The notes beneath the pieces are model-generated. The model saw only the letters and a program-made list of their open reading frames with translations. It was not told the origin of the DNA and searched no databases. Below are positions 31,629 to 43,755 of a stretch of 64,000 nt of DNA, piece by piece; the first letter of the stretch is position 1, and each line of letters begins with the position of its first letter. Where the stretch lies: assembly GCA_963778655.1 (NCBI GenBank), contig CAVZVA010000009.1, forward strand, positions 288,001 to 352,000, given 5' to 3'. The DNA is from an uncultured delta proteobacterium. GTDB lineage: Bacteria > Myxococcota_A > Polyangia > Polyangiales > JAFGIB01. A program made the translations under genes and the position numbers.

Positions 31629-33118
31629 GGCTCGGCCCCCGAGGCGGTCTTCTTCTTGCCCTTGGTGTCGTCGCCTTCTCCCGGACACTGCACGACCGCC
31701 TCGATCTGGTAGTTGATGCGGGCGTTGGTGCCGGCCGGGCTGGTGCGCCCGAGCTGAATGTCGCGGAAGCAAGGGTGCTTTTCGAGCTGGCTGACGATGT
31801 CGTCGCGTTGCACCAGCGAAGACAGTACCCCCTGCAGCTCCAGGCGACCCTCGCGCTTCTCGTCGGCGACCTCGATCACGAGTCGGCGCACTTCGTGGCT
31901 GATGTCTTGCTTGATCGCGTCGGAGACGGCGGCGAGCGCATCGAAGGCGTCGAAGCGCGGCAGCGGATCGTTCGAGCGCGGATTGCGCGCCAGCGTTTCG
32001 GCCTCCGCGGCCTCGCTGATCGCCCTGCCGAAGACCTCCTTGGTCACGCTGGCCAGCTCGCCCTTGAGCGCGCGCTGCTCGTCGCTGAGCATGATCTGCT
32101 TGGCCTTGAGCGAAAACATCACGGTCATCACCACGATCACCGCGCAGGTCACGATCAGGTTGAGGTGCTCGACCAGCTGGCCGCGTGCGTCCTTGGTGGC
32201 GAACGATCCGGTGCGCAGGTTGATGCGGCGGCGCCCCATGGCGCCGCGCGCCGCGAGCGCAGCGGCGCGGCCCAGCGCGGGGGAGGGAGCGGCCTCAGCC
32301 TGGGCGGCGGCCGGCAGGCGCAGCGCCTGGGCGCGCGGAAGTGAAAGCGCGTCGCCGATCCAATCGAGCGCGCCCTCGGCTGCCGCGCCCGGGCCGCACA
32401 GCGCGACCAGCTTGGGAGACTCGAAGCCGGCGCCGCGGAAGCTGGTCAGGGTGCGCTGCAACTCCCGCCGGACATCCTCGGAGGCGCCGGGCAGGTGCTC
32501 GATGCCAAGCGCGATCGTACGCGCGAACACGCACACGCCGGCCTGCAGGAAGCACATGTCCGTGCGCTGCTCGCCCAGGTCCACGAGCAAGATAGGTCCC
32601 GGCTCCCGCAGCTCCGGCAGCAGATTGCAGAGGCCGTCGAGCGAGGCGGCCCCGGCCGCGAGCTCGCGCGGCTCGAGCCCGGCATGGCGCAGACCTTCGA
32701 GCGCGGAGGAGACGTGCTCGGGCAGCACGGATGCGACCAGCACTTTGAGCACGTTGGCCTCGGTGCCGATTGGCTGGTAGTCGAAGACCGCGTCGTGCGG
32801 ATCGTAGGGCAGCACGGCTTCCAGCTCGAACGGCAGGATCTCGAGGATGCGCTTGCGCGCGGCAGCGGGCAGCTCGAGCACGCGCAGCGAGACCTCCTCG
32901 CCCGGCAGCGAAGCGACGATCACATCCGGCGACGCGGGCAGGGCGCGCAGCAGGCTACGCCCCGCCTCCGCCAGCTCCGGCATGCGGCCGGGGCTGCCGG
33001 GGTGCTCGGCCAGCGGGATCTCCACGTAGCGCTCCACCTCCAGCTTGCGCAGGGCGCTGCGGACCAGCGCGCCGCGCAGGGCGGTGGTACCGACGTCGAT
33101 TCCGAGAAAGCGTGCCAT
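31625..33118 (-). CDS. gspL: Type II secretion protein L (PilM/PilN-like)
   Basis: LGIDVG actin-like domain, LPFELE, INLR motif before the TM, periplasmic domain. Confidence 0.85.
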   Translation of the reverse strand: MARFLGIDVGTTALRGALVRSALRKLEVERYVEIPLAEHPGSPGRMPELAEAGRSLLRALPASPDVIVASLPGEEVSLRVLELPAAARKRILEILPFELEAVLPYDPHDAVFDYQPIGTEANVLKVLVASVLPEHVSSALEGLRHAGLEPRELAAGAASLDGLCNLLPELREPGPILLVDLGEQRTDMCFLQAGVCVFARTIALGIEHLPGASEDVRRELQRTLTSFRGAGFESPKLVALCGPGAAAEGALDWIGDALSLPRAQALRLPAAAQAEAAPSPALGRAAALAARGAMGRRRINLRTGSFATKDARGQLVEHLNLIVTCAVIVVMTVMFSLKAKQIMLSDEQRALKGELASVTKEVFGRAISEAAEAETLARNPRSNDPLPRFDAFDALAAVSDAIKQDISHEVRRLVIEVADEKREGRLELQGVLSSLVQRDDIVSQLEKHPCFRDIQLGRTSPAGTNARINYQIEAVVQCPGEGDDTKGKKKTASGAEP

Positions 33119-33136
33119 CGGGCGTTTCCTGTCTGC

Positions 33137-34618
33137 CTACTGAAGTCGAAAGTAGTGCGCGACGCCCAGCGGAGGCAACACACCGGGCACTCCCGGCGGT
33201 GGAACCCACGGTTTGTCGAAGTTGACGACCATCGTCATCTTGGCCTGGGCGCGGCCCACGCGCCCGGTGGACTCGATCGTGAAGATCGATGCCTGCGTCA
33301 GGAACATCTGGGCGATCTGCGGGCGTAGGTCGGCCGGGATCACCATCGGCGTCCAGGCCATCAGCGGCGAGCCCTTCAGCATCAAGGACAGCATCGCGTA
33401 CATGTCCATCCCCTTGCTCGCCGTGCCGCTGACGAAGTTGATGAAGTCGTCCGGCGTAGTGAACAAGGCGATCGGCAGAAACGAGCGCGCGGTGTTGAAG
33501 AGTTGGATGAAGGACATCGCCTGGAGCGGATCGGCGCACAGCGGCTGATTGGTGACGAACGAGCACAGCCGTGCCAGCAGCACCTCCGGGGGCGCCATGT
33601 TCACGTTGACCGCGCCCGAGCCGTAGATCGTCACCTTGCGCGCGTGGGGGTCGTCGGCCTTGGGCTCGACGAAGGTGGCCCAGAAGTCGTCGCCCACGCC
33701 GCGCACCAAGCGCAGCTCCTCGAGTGAGTCGAAGGGCGCGTTCTTCACCACGTACGGGTCGGGAAACTGGGCGTAGATGTTGTCTTCGCTGCCGGCCGTC
33801 TGGACCGAAGAGCTGCCGGGGTCGAATACGGTGCGCTGGTCATCGTAATCCCACCAGTCGATGATGTCGGATACGATATCCAGGCGCGTGGTGTAGTGGC
33901 CGTCGGGGTCGCGCGCGCTGAACATCGGGTCGTAGGGGCTTTCCGGCGACTGGTAGCCGCCGAGCAGGGCGAACAGCTGCATGGCGATACTGCGCCGCGC
34001 CTGGTCGCCGGAGAAGAACAGCGGGATGTTGAGGTTGATCTTGCCGTTCTCCGGCACGGTGACCACGTCGAAGGTGCCGCCGGTGTCCACGACCCCTTGC
34101 ATCAAGCTGAAGTCGACGCCGCTGGTCTCGACCATGGCCTTGGCCTCCTTGTAGTTGGCGAAGGGCGCGAGCAAGGTGCTGCCGAAATCCCACACGTTGA
34201 GCTGCGGCGGCGGGCGTCCCACCACCATCTGATAGACGGGCGCGACCAGACGTCGGATGTCAGGCTCGTGTGCGATCAGCAGGCGCGTCAGGTTCAACCC
34301 GCTCTTGGCCAGATACTCGGCCTTGAGCCGATCGCGCTCGCTCTCGGCCACGTGGAACTCGGTCGCCGAGCTCTCCATCAGGTCGGCGACGAACACCGCG
34401 AGGATGGTGATCGCCACGATGACCATCACCAGCGCGACGCCCCGGCGGGCGAGCGGGTGGCCGGGACCGCGCGGGCGGACGCCTTGCGGGGCGAGAGCGG
34501 CACGATGGCGCGCCCGCGTGCGCGGGCGCAGCTCCTGTTCGCTGACGTAGCCGTGCCTCCAGGCGGGCTTGCGCGTCGCGGCTGCGGGCGTCGGGGCTGT
34601 CGCGTTCGAGTCGGTCAT
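33137..34618 (-). CDS. gspK: Type II secretion minor pseudopilin K
   Basis: RRG|VALVMV, ENGKINLN, KNAPFDSLEELRLVRG, VNVNMAP; ATGA overlap with gspJ; 60-aa leader. Confidence 0.9.
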   Translation of the reverse strand: MTDSNATAPTPAAATRKPAWRHGYVSEQELRPRTRARHRAALAPQGVRPRGPGHPLARRGVALVMVIVAITILAVFVADLMESSATEFHVAESERDRLKAEYLAKSGLNLTRLLIAHEPDIRRLVAPVYQMVVGRPPPQLNVWDFGSTLLAPFANYKEAKAMVETSGVDFSLMQGVVDTGGTFDVVTVPENGKINLNIPLFFSGDQARRSIAMQLFALLGGYQSPESPYDPMFSARDPDGHYTTRLDIVSDIIDWWDYDDQRTVFDPGSSSVQTAGSEDNIYAQFPDPYVVKNAPFDSLEELRLVRGVGDDFWATFVEPKADDPHARKVTIYGSGAVNVNMAPPEVLLARLCSFVTNQPLCADPLQAMSFIQLFNTARSFLPIALFTTPDDFINFVSGTASKGMDMYAMLSLMLKGSPLMAWTPMVIPADLRPQIAQMFLTQASIFTIESTGRVGRAQAKMTMVVNFDKPWVPPPGVPGVLPPLGVAHYFRLQ

Positions 34619-35490
34619 CGGCGGTAGATGGCGAAATTGAGGGCGAAGCGCATCGGCAACCAGGTGCGCGTGCCGAAGGTCTGATCGTGGCCGCTGCCGC
34701 GCACGTTGGGGACGGTGACCTTGATCTCGACCTGCGAGGGCAGCCGATTCGGCTCCATCGAGGCCTGCATGGTGTCCCAGCTCTTGAGCCACTGCAGCGT
34801 CATCGGGTCGAGATAGGAGAGCTCGAACTTGGTCACGTTCTCGATCAGGATCTGCGCCTGCCCGCCCTGCTGTGGGTCGTCGTCGATCCGGCGCTGTTCC
34901 CTGCGCACCAGCGCGGTCTGACCGGCGTGGTGGGGGTCGTCCTCCATGTAATAGGAGAGCTCGTTCTGGTCCGATTCGTGCGCGTCGCGATACAGGCGCT
35001 GGTGGGAGAACGAGGTGAAGTCGATGCGCGAGCCCTTGCCGGAGTCCTTGCCGACGAAGCAGGTCTTGACCACCTGAAGCGCCGGGCTGGGGTTGAGCTG
35101 AGCCGAGACGTAGGCCATCGAGAGCTCGCGCGCCATGCGCTCGATGCCCATGCGGATCTCGTGGTAGCGGTCGAGCTCGCTTTCGATGCGCTTCTTGTTC
35201 TGCGCGGTTTGGGAGAAGCCGCTGTAGATCAACGTCGACACCATCGCGATGATCGCCATCGCGACCATCACCTCGATCAGCGTCAGGCCTGCTTTCAACC
35301 GGTGGGGCAGGGTTGCTTTCAACGGGAGGGGCACGCGCCCCTCCCGCCCCACCGGCAAGGCCATTGGGGCCCCACCCACCCGCGGCGCTCGCTTCACTGC
35401 GTTGCGCTCGCTCGCGGGCGCGAAGGCCGCGGGGTGGGGCGCGGGCCCTTGCCGCTTTGCTGGCGATGGTGATGGTAGGTGGAGGCTCAA
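34615..35490 (-). CDS. gspJ: Type II secretion minor pseudopilin J
   Basis: AG|LTLIEVMVAMAII; TTG start overlapping the gspI stop (TTGA); a shorter internal start is possible. Confidence 0.85.
   Translation of the reverse strand: MSLHLPSPSPAKRQGPAPHPAAFAPASERNAVKRAPRVGGAPMALPVGREGRVPLPLKATLPHRLKAGLTLIEVMVAMAIIAMVSTLIYSGFSQTAQNKKRIESELDRYHEIRMGIERMARELSMAYVSAQLNPSPALQVVKTCFVGKDSGKGSRIDFTSFSHQRLYRDAHESDQNELSYYMEDDPHHAGQTALVRREQRRIDDDPQQGGQAQILIENVTKFELSYLDPMTLQWLKSWDTMQASMEPNRLPSQVEIKVTVPNVRGSGHDQTFGTRTWLPMRFALNFAIYRR
35323..35460 (-). repeat. Full twin-hairpin repeat lying in frame in the gspJ leader
   Basis: ...GCGAGCGAGCGCAACGCAGTGAAGCGAGCGCCGCGGGTGGGTGGGG-CCCCAATGGC-CTT-GCCGGTGGGG-CGGGAGGGGC-GCGT-GCCCCTCCCG. 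Confidence 0.85.
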
Positions 35491-36362
35491 TGTGGGGCCT
35501 GTTGTCCGAAGAAGCCGCTGACTTGGCCTGGCGCCGCGCCCGGGAGCGCGCCCGGCAGCGTTCCGGTTTGCTGGCCGGCTTGCTGCCCACCCGCCACCGG
35601 CTGGCCGGTGGTGGGATCGATGACGACGGGTTGTTCCGCCACCAGGTACTGGGTCACGTCGAACGAGTGCGAAACGCTGCCTTCCTTCCAGCGCACGGTC
35701 ACGGTGGCGCGGCGAATCTGCGACTCGAACGCAGGCTTGAGCAGCGGATAGACGAACTGGAGCGCCATCGACGCCATGCCGCCCAGGCCGCCGCCCGTCG
35801 CCAGCATTTCGGCCGGATCCATGTTCTTGAACGTGTCGAGCGGGCTCTGGCCCGGCTGACCCGGGCTGGCGCCGGGGGTGCCGGGCGTTCCGGACCCGAG
35901 CGCGGCCACGAGCGGATTCAGCGCTGGACCGCCCGGCGGCGCATTGGCGGCCAGCGCCTGCGCCGCGCCGGCTACTGCGGGACCGGCTTGCGTCGAGGAC
36001 GACGCGCCCGGGGCACCGGAACCGGGCGCGCCCTGGTCCTGCGCCTGATTCACGAACATGTTGTCGGGCAGCACGATCGGCTCGATTTCCCAGTCGCAGC
36101 TGTAACCCTCGATCTCGGACTCCTTGCAACAGGTGTCGGTGCCCGAGGCGTAGACCGCCGGCAGCCCCTTATTGGCTACATCCTCCTCGATCTCCCCCAT
36201 CTTGCAGCGGACGAGCAGCGTGGCCAGACCCATCTTGCGCGCGCGCGTCGCCATCTTCACGGCGCCGGCTTCGCTCGAGAAGATCGCGGTCAGGGCCAGC
36301 GCGAGGATCGCTACCGCGACCATCACCTCAAGCAGCGTGAAGCCTTGGCGCCCGCGCTTCAC
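35487..36362 (-). CDS. gspI: Type II secretion minor pseudopilin I, with low-complexity insertion
   Basis: QG|FTLLEVMVAVAIL, IRRATVTVRW; GTGA overlap with gspH. Confidence 0.85.
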   Translation of the reverse strand: MKRGRQGFTLLEVMVAVAILALALTAIFSSEAGAVKMATRARKMGLATLLVRCKMGEIEEDVANKGLPAVYASGTDTCCKESEIEGYSCDWEIEPIVLPDNMFVNQAQDQGAPGSGAPGASSSTQAGPAVAGAAQALAANAPPGGPALNPLVAALGSGTPGTPGASPGQPGQSPLDTFKNMDPAEMLATGGGLGGMASMALQFVYPLLKPAFESQIRRATVTVRWKEGSVSHSFDVTQYLVAEQPVVIDPTTGQPVAGGQQAGQQTGTLPGALPGAAPGQVSGFFGQQAPH

Positions 36363-37141
36363 AGGTCGTCCTCCGTGGTCCTGGACGCCGGCCCTTCCGG
36401 CTGCAGCTGCTTGGGCTCGAAGGCCTCCGGATAGATGCGGCAGCGTCCGGTCAGCGGCCGCACCTCTACCGAGTAGACCGAGTCGCCGCCGTCCGACAGC
36501 TGCACCACCGCGTGTTCGGTGAGCCCTGCCGGAAAGAAGTGGATCGCCCCCCTGCCTTGCTCGAGAGGCTCGGGCTCGTGCGGCACGATCAGCTTGACCA
36601 CCTGGACACGACGTCCGAAGGTGACCTTCGAGTAGCGCGCGATCGGCTTGCCGTTGTCGTCCGCGATAGGGTGAAAGGGCGACGCGCCCAGCGTGGGTTT
36701 GAGCGCCTCTTGGATCCGTTTGGCGGCTGCCGCCCACGGGTCGGCCGCCGCTATGTCCGTACCGCCTTTGTCGATCGAGTCCTTGCGCCGATCGTCGTCG
36801 GCGCGTACCAGCGCGACCTGGTCGTTGGCTTCCTCGATCGAAAACGTATTGCCGGGGATGTCGAACACGATGCGAACGGTTACGCCGCGCACGATCGCGC
36901 GGTTGAAGGCGAAGCGCGAGGCCGCTGCCAGCTTGGCGGCGCCCGACTTGAGGTAGGTCTTGGTGATCGCTCCGAGGCTGAAGGACAGCCCGGATGCCGC
37001 GAAGGCCAGGATCACCACGACCACGATCATCTCGATCAAGGTCATGCCTTCGACAGTCCGCCTGCGGCAGAAGGCAGCGCTGCTGCCCGACAGGGCACGC
37101 GCCCTGCCTGTGACCCTCTGCGGTGGCGCACGAAGACTCAT
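36359..37141 (-). CDS. gspH: Type II secretion minor pseudopilin H
   Basis: EG|MTLIEMIVVVVIL, IHFFPAG, VEVRPLTGR. Confidence 0.85.
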   Translation of the reverse strand: MSLRAPPQRVTGRARALSGSSAAFCRRRTVEGMTLIEMIVVVVILAFAASGLSFSLGAITKTYLKSGAAKLAAASRFAFNRAIVRGVTVRIVFDIPGNTFSIEEANDQVALVRADDDRRKDSIDKGGTDIAAADPWAAAAKRIQEALKPTLGASPFHPIADDNGKPIARYSKVTFGRRVQVVKLIVPHEPEPLEQGRGAIHFFPAGLTEHAVVQLSDGGDSVYSVEVRPLTGRCRIYPEAFEPKQLQPEGPASRTTEDDL

Positions 37142-37143
37142 GG

Positions 37144-37602
37144 CTACTGGACGTCGTCCTCCGTGCCCATCTGCCCGTCGGGGCCGGCGGAACGCACCGT
37201 GACGCCGTCCTGGTCGCATTCGATCGAAAAATCGTGAGACCAGGCGTCCTGGGTGTTCTTGTTCTTGTCGAGGATCTTTTCGCTCACCAGATCCTGCACC
37301 GTGGGGCAGTTGTCGTGCTCCGAGAGGTACAGCTCGGCGGCGCTCGCGACCGCCTTGGCGTCGCCGCTCGTCTGTTTGACCTTAGCCCTGCGTAGAGCCG
37401 GTAAGATGGCGAAGCCGGCCGCGGTCGCCACCAGCGCCATAATCACCATCACGACCATGATCTCGATCAGGGTCATGCCCGCCTGCGCTCGGCGTCGCCG
37501 CCGCCGTAGCCATGCGGGTGCTCGACGACGACGCTGTTCGAGTCGCTGCTCTCTCTCATCCACGTGTGTTGCCAACATGTTCACGCCATCGACCCCTGTC
37601 AT
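37144..37602 (-). CDS. gspG: Type II secretion major pseudopilin G
   Basis: AG|MTLIEIMVVMVIMAL, DAWSHDF, SAGPDGQMGTEDD; ATGA overlap. Confidence 0.9.
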   Translation of the reverse strand: MTGVDGVNMLATHVDEREQRLEQRRRRAPAWLRRRRRRAQAGMTLIEIMVVMVIMALVATAAGFAILPALRRAKVKQTSGDAKAVASAAELYLSEHDNCPTVQDLVSEKILDKNKNTQDAWSHDFSIECDQDGVTVRSAGPDGQMGTEDDVQ

Positions 37603-38033
37603 AGAATGTTGTCGTCCTTGGAAAACACTCCGCTCGGCCCGGCCGAGACCACCTCGGCAGCATTCGGGTCGTACGGAGAAGGGCAGCGCACGAACAGCTC
37701 GCGGCCCCAGCCGTCGGCCGGCACTTCGGTCAGATAGCGCGCGCCGCCGCGCGGAGGGTGCACCAGCTCGGTCTTGTTGCGAGGACAGCGTCCCATCTCC
37801 GCGCGAAACGCCGCCACCGCGCGCTCGACCTCGGCGATGTTCGCGCGCGTGGTACGGATACGCGTCCTGCGTTCGGCTACTCGCCATGCGGCCAGCACCA
37901 GCAGCGCCAACGCGCCGAACAGCGTGAGCCCACGCCAGGTGCGCATGGAGACCATGCCTCCGAGCCAGGCTCGCCTGCGCTCCCACGGCAGCAGGACGCC
38001 AGACCCCGATTTTCTGTGGCGGCGCTGAGTCAT
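37599..38033 (-). CDS. Atypical GspG-like pseudopilin
   Basis: GspG C-terminal motifs DGWG and SAGPSG...DDNI; N-terminus RG|LTLFG lacks Glu+5; ATGA overlap with gspF. Confidence 0.8.
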   Translation of the reverse strand: MTQRRHRKSGSGVLLPWERRRAWLGGMVSMRTWRGLTLFGALALLVLAAWRVAERRTRIRTTRANIAEVERAVAAFRAEMGRCPRNKTELVHPPRGGARYLTEVPADGWGRELFVRCPSPYDPNAAEVVSAGPSGVFSKDDNIL

Positions 38034-39253
38034 TGCACGAACTCGTTGATCTGCATCAGAGGCAACAGGATCGACAGCGCGATGCTTCCAGCAATCGTGC
38101 CCATCACCACGATCATCAAGGGCCCGAGCAGCGAGGTGAGCGCGGCGAGGCGCTGGTCGACCTGCGCTTCGTACGCGATGGCGACGTGGTTCAGCATTTG
38201 CTCGAGCTGGCCCGAGCGCTCGCCGATTGCGATCATCTGGGTCACGATCGGTGGGAAACGGCCGCTGCGCTTGAGCGGCGCCGCGATGCTCTCGCCTTCG
38301 CGGATCGAGCCGCGCGCCTCCTCCACCACCCGCATCAGCTCGGCGTTGCCGAGCACGTTGCGTGTGATGTCGAGCGCGGTGAGCACCGGGACACCGCTCG
38401 CGAGCAGGGTCGAAAGGGTGCGGGCGAAGCGCGCGAGCGCGATCATTAGCACCAGCGGGCCCATCAGCGGCAGCTTGAGCACGCGCGCATCCCAGGTCGC
38501 GCGCCCCTTCTCCGTCGCACGCCAGCGCTGGAACGCGTAGATCGCGCCTCCAGCCAGCAGCAGCAGCAGCCACCAGTAGCTTCCCAGCGCATGGCTGACG
38601 AAGATCAGCGTCTGCGTGTACCAGGGCAGGGTGGCGTTGAAGCCCTCGAAGATCGAGGTCACCTTGGGCACCACCACGACCATCAGCAGCGCGATGATCG
38701 CGATTCCGAACACCACCATGAAGGCGGGATAGGCCAGCGCGCTGAAGACCTTGTCGCGCAGGCGCGCCGAGGCATCCAGGTGGTCGGCGAGGCGGTCGAG
38801 CACGGCATCGAGCGTGCCCGAGGACTCGCCGGCGGCGACCATGTTCACGTACAGTGATTCGAAGACCTTCGGATGCGCCTTGAGCGCGTCCGCCAGGCTG
38901 GTGCCTTCGTTCACCTTGTCACGGGTCTGGGTCAGCGCCGCCTTGAGCTTTTGGTGCTCGACCTGCTCGATCAACGCGCTCAGGCTCTCGACCAGCGGCA
39001 CGCCGGAGCGCAGCAGGGTCGCCAGCTGGCGCGTCGTGATCGCCACGTCCTGCACCGAGACGCGCGCGAACAGCTGGCCGAAGTCGATCTCCCGGCGCGT
39101 GCGCGTACGGGCGGCGCCCTCCTCCTCGATCGCCGTAGCGAGGATGCCCTCTTTGCGCAGCACCACGCGTAGCAGGCGCGCGTTGTCGGCGTCGCGGATA
39201 CCCTTGACGTCCCGGCCGCGCGCGTCGATGCCGTGCCATTGATAGACGGCCAC
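38030..39253 (-). CDS. gspF: Type II secretion inner-membrane platform protein F
   Basis: TRQLATLLRSGVPL, YVNMVAAGESSGTL, SALAYP, MIAIGERSGQLE. Confidence 0.95.
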   Translation of the reverse strand: MAVYQWHGIDARGRDVKGIRDADNARLLRVVLRKEGILATAIEEEGAARTRTRREIDFGQLFARVSVQDVAITTRQLATLLRSGVPLVESLSALIEQVEHQKLKAALTQTRDKVNEGTSLADALKAHPKVFESLYVNMVAAGESSGTLDAVLDRLADHLDASARLRDKVFSALAYPAFMVVFGIAIIALLMVVVVPKVTSIFEGFNATLPWYTQTLIFVSHALGSYWWLLLLLAGGAIYAFQRWRATEKGRATWDARVLKLPLMGPLVLMIALARFARTLSTLLASGVPVLTALDITRNVLGNAELMRVVEEARGSIREGESIAAPLKRSGRFPPIVTQMIAIGERSGQLEQMLNHVAIAYEAQVDQRLAALTSLLGPLMIVVMGTIAGSIALSILLPLMQINEFVQ

Positions 39254-39257
39254 GGCG

Positions 39258-41070
<1,813 letters not shown>

Positions 41071-41074
<4 letters not shown>

Positions 41075-43755
41075 TGGCCCTCCACCGGCGGCGGCTCGCC
41101 GCCCGGCGCCGCCGGGGGCGGCGGCGGTGCTTCCCCGGTCGGAGCGGCCTCCGGCGCGGGGGTCTCGGTGCCGCCTGGCTCCGCACCGGTCTGCGCGCCC
41201 CCGGGCGTGCCCGGCTCGATCACCTGATCCTCGCCGTCGCTAGACTCCTGCGCGGCGGCCTCGCCCACGGACGGCTGGGGGTGGTGTCCCAGCTCCGGAT
41301 GCTTGGCGGCGTCCGCGAGCAACTGCTTCTTCTGGTCGAGCAGCTTGAGCTCGGTCATGATCTCGCCGACCAAGCCGCGCGTGCGCGAGTAGTCCAGCGG
41401 CGGCTCGTAGTCGGCCTCGCTGAACACGAAGTAGCGGTCGAGGAACTCCTGGCGCTCGCGCATCTTGCGCTCGTAGATCGAGCGCAGGTCCTCCGGCGAG
41501 CGGATGATGTAGGGGGTGAGGAACATCAGCAGGTTCTTCTTGATCTTCTGCTTGTTGCTGCTGCGGAACAGCGCGCCGATCAGCGGGATGTCGCCCAGCA
41601 CCGGCACCTTGGTGTCGGCCGTCGTTACCTGGTCGCGCATCAGCCCGCCGATCACGACGGTCTGCTGATCGCGCACCACCACCTCGGTCTTGGCCTTGGT
41701 GCGGTCGATCGAGACCACGCCCAGCGCGCCCTCCTTGCTCGGCGCGCCTGCCGAGGAGATCTCCTGCTGGATCTGCAGGCGGATCTCGTCGCTCTCGTTG
41801 ATGTGCGGGGTGATGGTCACCGTGGTGCCGACGTCCTGGCGTGGCACCGCGCCGGCGAAGCCGAGCCCGCCCAGGCCGCCGAGCGCACCGAGCGCGCCCG
41901 TGGCGCCGGTCGCCCCGGCCTGCCCGGCGAGCGCGCCCAGCCCACCCAGGCCGCCCAGCGCGCCGAGCGGGCTCACGCCCGAGGTCTGCAGCGGCACGTT
42001 CTGGCCCACGCTGATCGAGGCCTCCACGTTGTCGGTGGCGATCAGGTGCGGCGTCGACAGGATGTTGGCGTCGCCCGAGGACGCGAGCGCGTTGATCGCG
42101 ACTCCGAAGCCGGGCAGCGACAGCCCGACCAGCTGCTGCGAGTTGGCGATCACCGGCCCTTGGACGCCCACCGCAAGACCGGTCAGCACCTCGCCGTTGG
42201 CGGCCATGCCCTGTAGGCCGCCGATGGTGTTGGCGGCGCGGAAGCCGAGCACCGAGACCGAGTCCTTGCCCGCGAGATCGGGAATGCCCCCGTGAAACGC
42301 CACGCCGAAGGTGCGGCTGCGGTTGATGCTCAGCTCCATGATCACGGCCTCGATGAAGACCTGTTTGCGCTCGACGTCGAGTGTTTCGATCACGGGCTCG
42401 AGCGCCGCGTAGTCGTGCGACGAGGAGGTGATCACGAGCGCATTGGTCGCCTTGTGGGCGGTCACCGAGACTTTGCCCTCGAACACGTCGTCCGAGCCTC
42501 CACCGGCGGCGGGCGCCGCGCCCTTGCCCTTGGCGCGCGTAGCGCCACCGCCCCCGCGGCCGCTGATCAGCGCCTGCAACGTCGTCGCCATCTCCTCGGC
42601 GTCGCTGTGCTGCAGGTGGTGAACATGGATCTTGCCTTCGCCCTCCATCGACACGTCGAGGTACTTGAGCATCTCGAGGATGCGCAGGTAGGCGCGCTCG
42701 GTGGCAACGATGATCAACGAGTTGGTGCGATCGTCGGCCAGGATCTTGTTGAAGGTCAGGTCGCCTTCGCGCGAGCCAATGGTCTGGCTGCCCGGAGCCG
42801 GCGCCTTGCCCTTGGGCGGCGGGCGGGCCGGGGCCTTGCCCTTGGGCGCCGAGTTGCCACCCTTGCCCGGCTCGAAGATGTCGTTGAGGCGCGAGGCGAC
42901 GTCGGCCGCGCTGGCGTGGTGAACCGGCTCCACCCAGATCTGCACGCCGGTTGCCGCGACGTCGACCACGTCGAGGATGCGCAGCATGCGCCGGATGTTG
43001 GTTCCGGTGTCGGTGATGATGAGAATGTTGGTCGGGGCGTAGGCCGTGATGCTGCCGTCGCCCGACTTGAAACGCTCGAGCAGCGAGGCGGCGTCCTCGG
43101 CCGAGATGTTGTTCACGTGCTGCAGCCGCGTCACGAAGCGATCGCCCGCGGGCACGCCGTCGCGGCCGGTGTACAGCGGGATCGGCCGGCCCTCGACCCG
43201 GCCGGATTCCACGATCTTCAGGTAGCGGCCCGCCGGTACGATGGCCATGCCGTTGAGCTCCAGGATCGACAGGAAGGCCTGGTACGCCTCGCCGGCGGTC
43301 ACCTTGGTCGGCGCGTACACGGTCGCCTTGATCGCGCGCGTGGTGCCCGGAAGGATGAAGCGCTTGCCGGTGATCTGCGAGATCAGCCGCACCAGGTCCG
43401 TGAGCGAGGCATCCTCGAGATTGAAGGTGACCAGCGAGCGCGGGGAGGTCGGCTGATAATCGATGCCGGTCTCGAAAGGCTTGAGCTCCGGCACCGTGTT
43501 CGCGCCCGCTTGTCCCGGCGGGGCCGCAGCGGTGCCCGGTCGCGCGGGCGGCTTGGGGGCGGGCTTGGGGGCAGGCTTGGGGGCGGGCTTCTTGGGCCGC
43601 TTCGGCTTGGCCTGCGCGTGGGCGGAAGCGGGCAGCGCGGTCACCGGCGCGGCCACCGCCACCGCCACCAGCAGCGCGAGCGCGCGCGCCCGGCGCAGCT
43701 GCAGCTTCGAGTCTGACTCTGGGACGAACGTCTTCTTCATCATAAGCGCCATCAT
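41071..43755 (-). CDS. gspD: Type II secretion secretin D
   Basis: N0-N3 domains (LVRLISQITGKRFI, TNSLII), QVFIEAVIMEL, ILSTP, VIGGL, KVPVLGDIPLIGALF. Confidence 0.95.
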
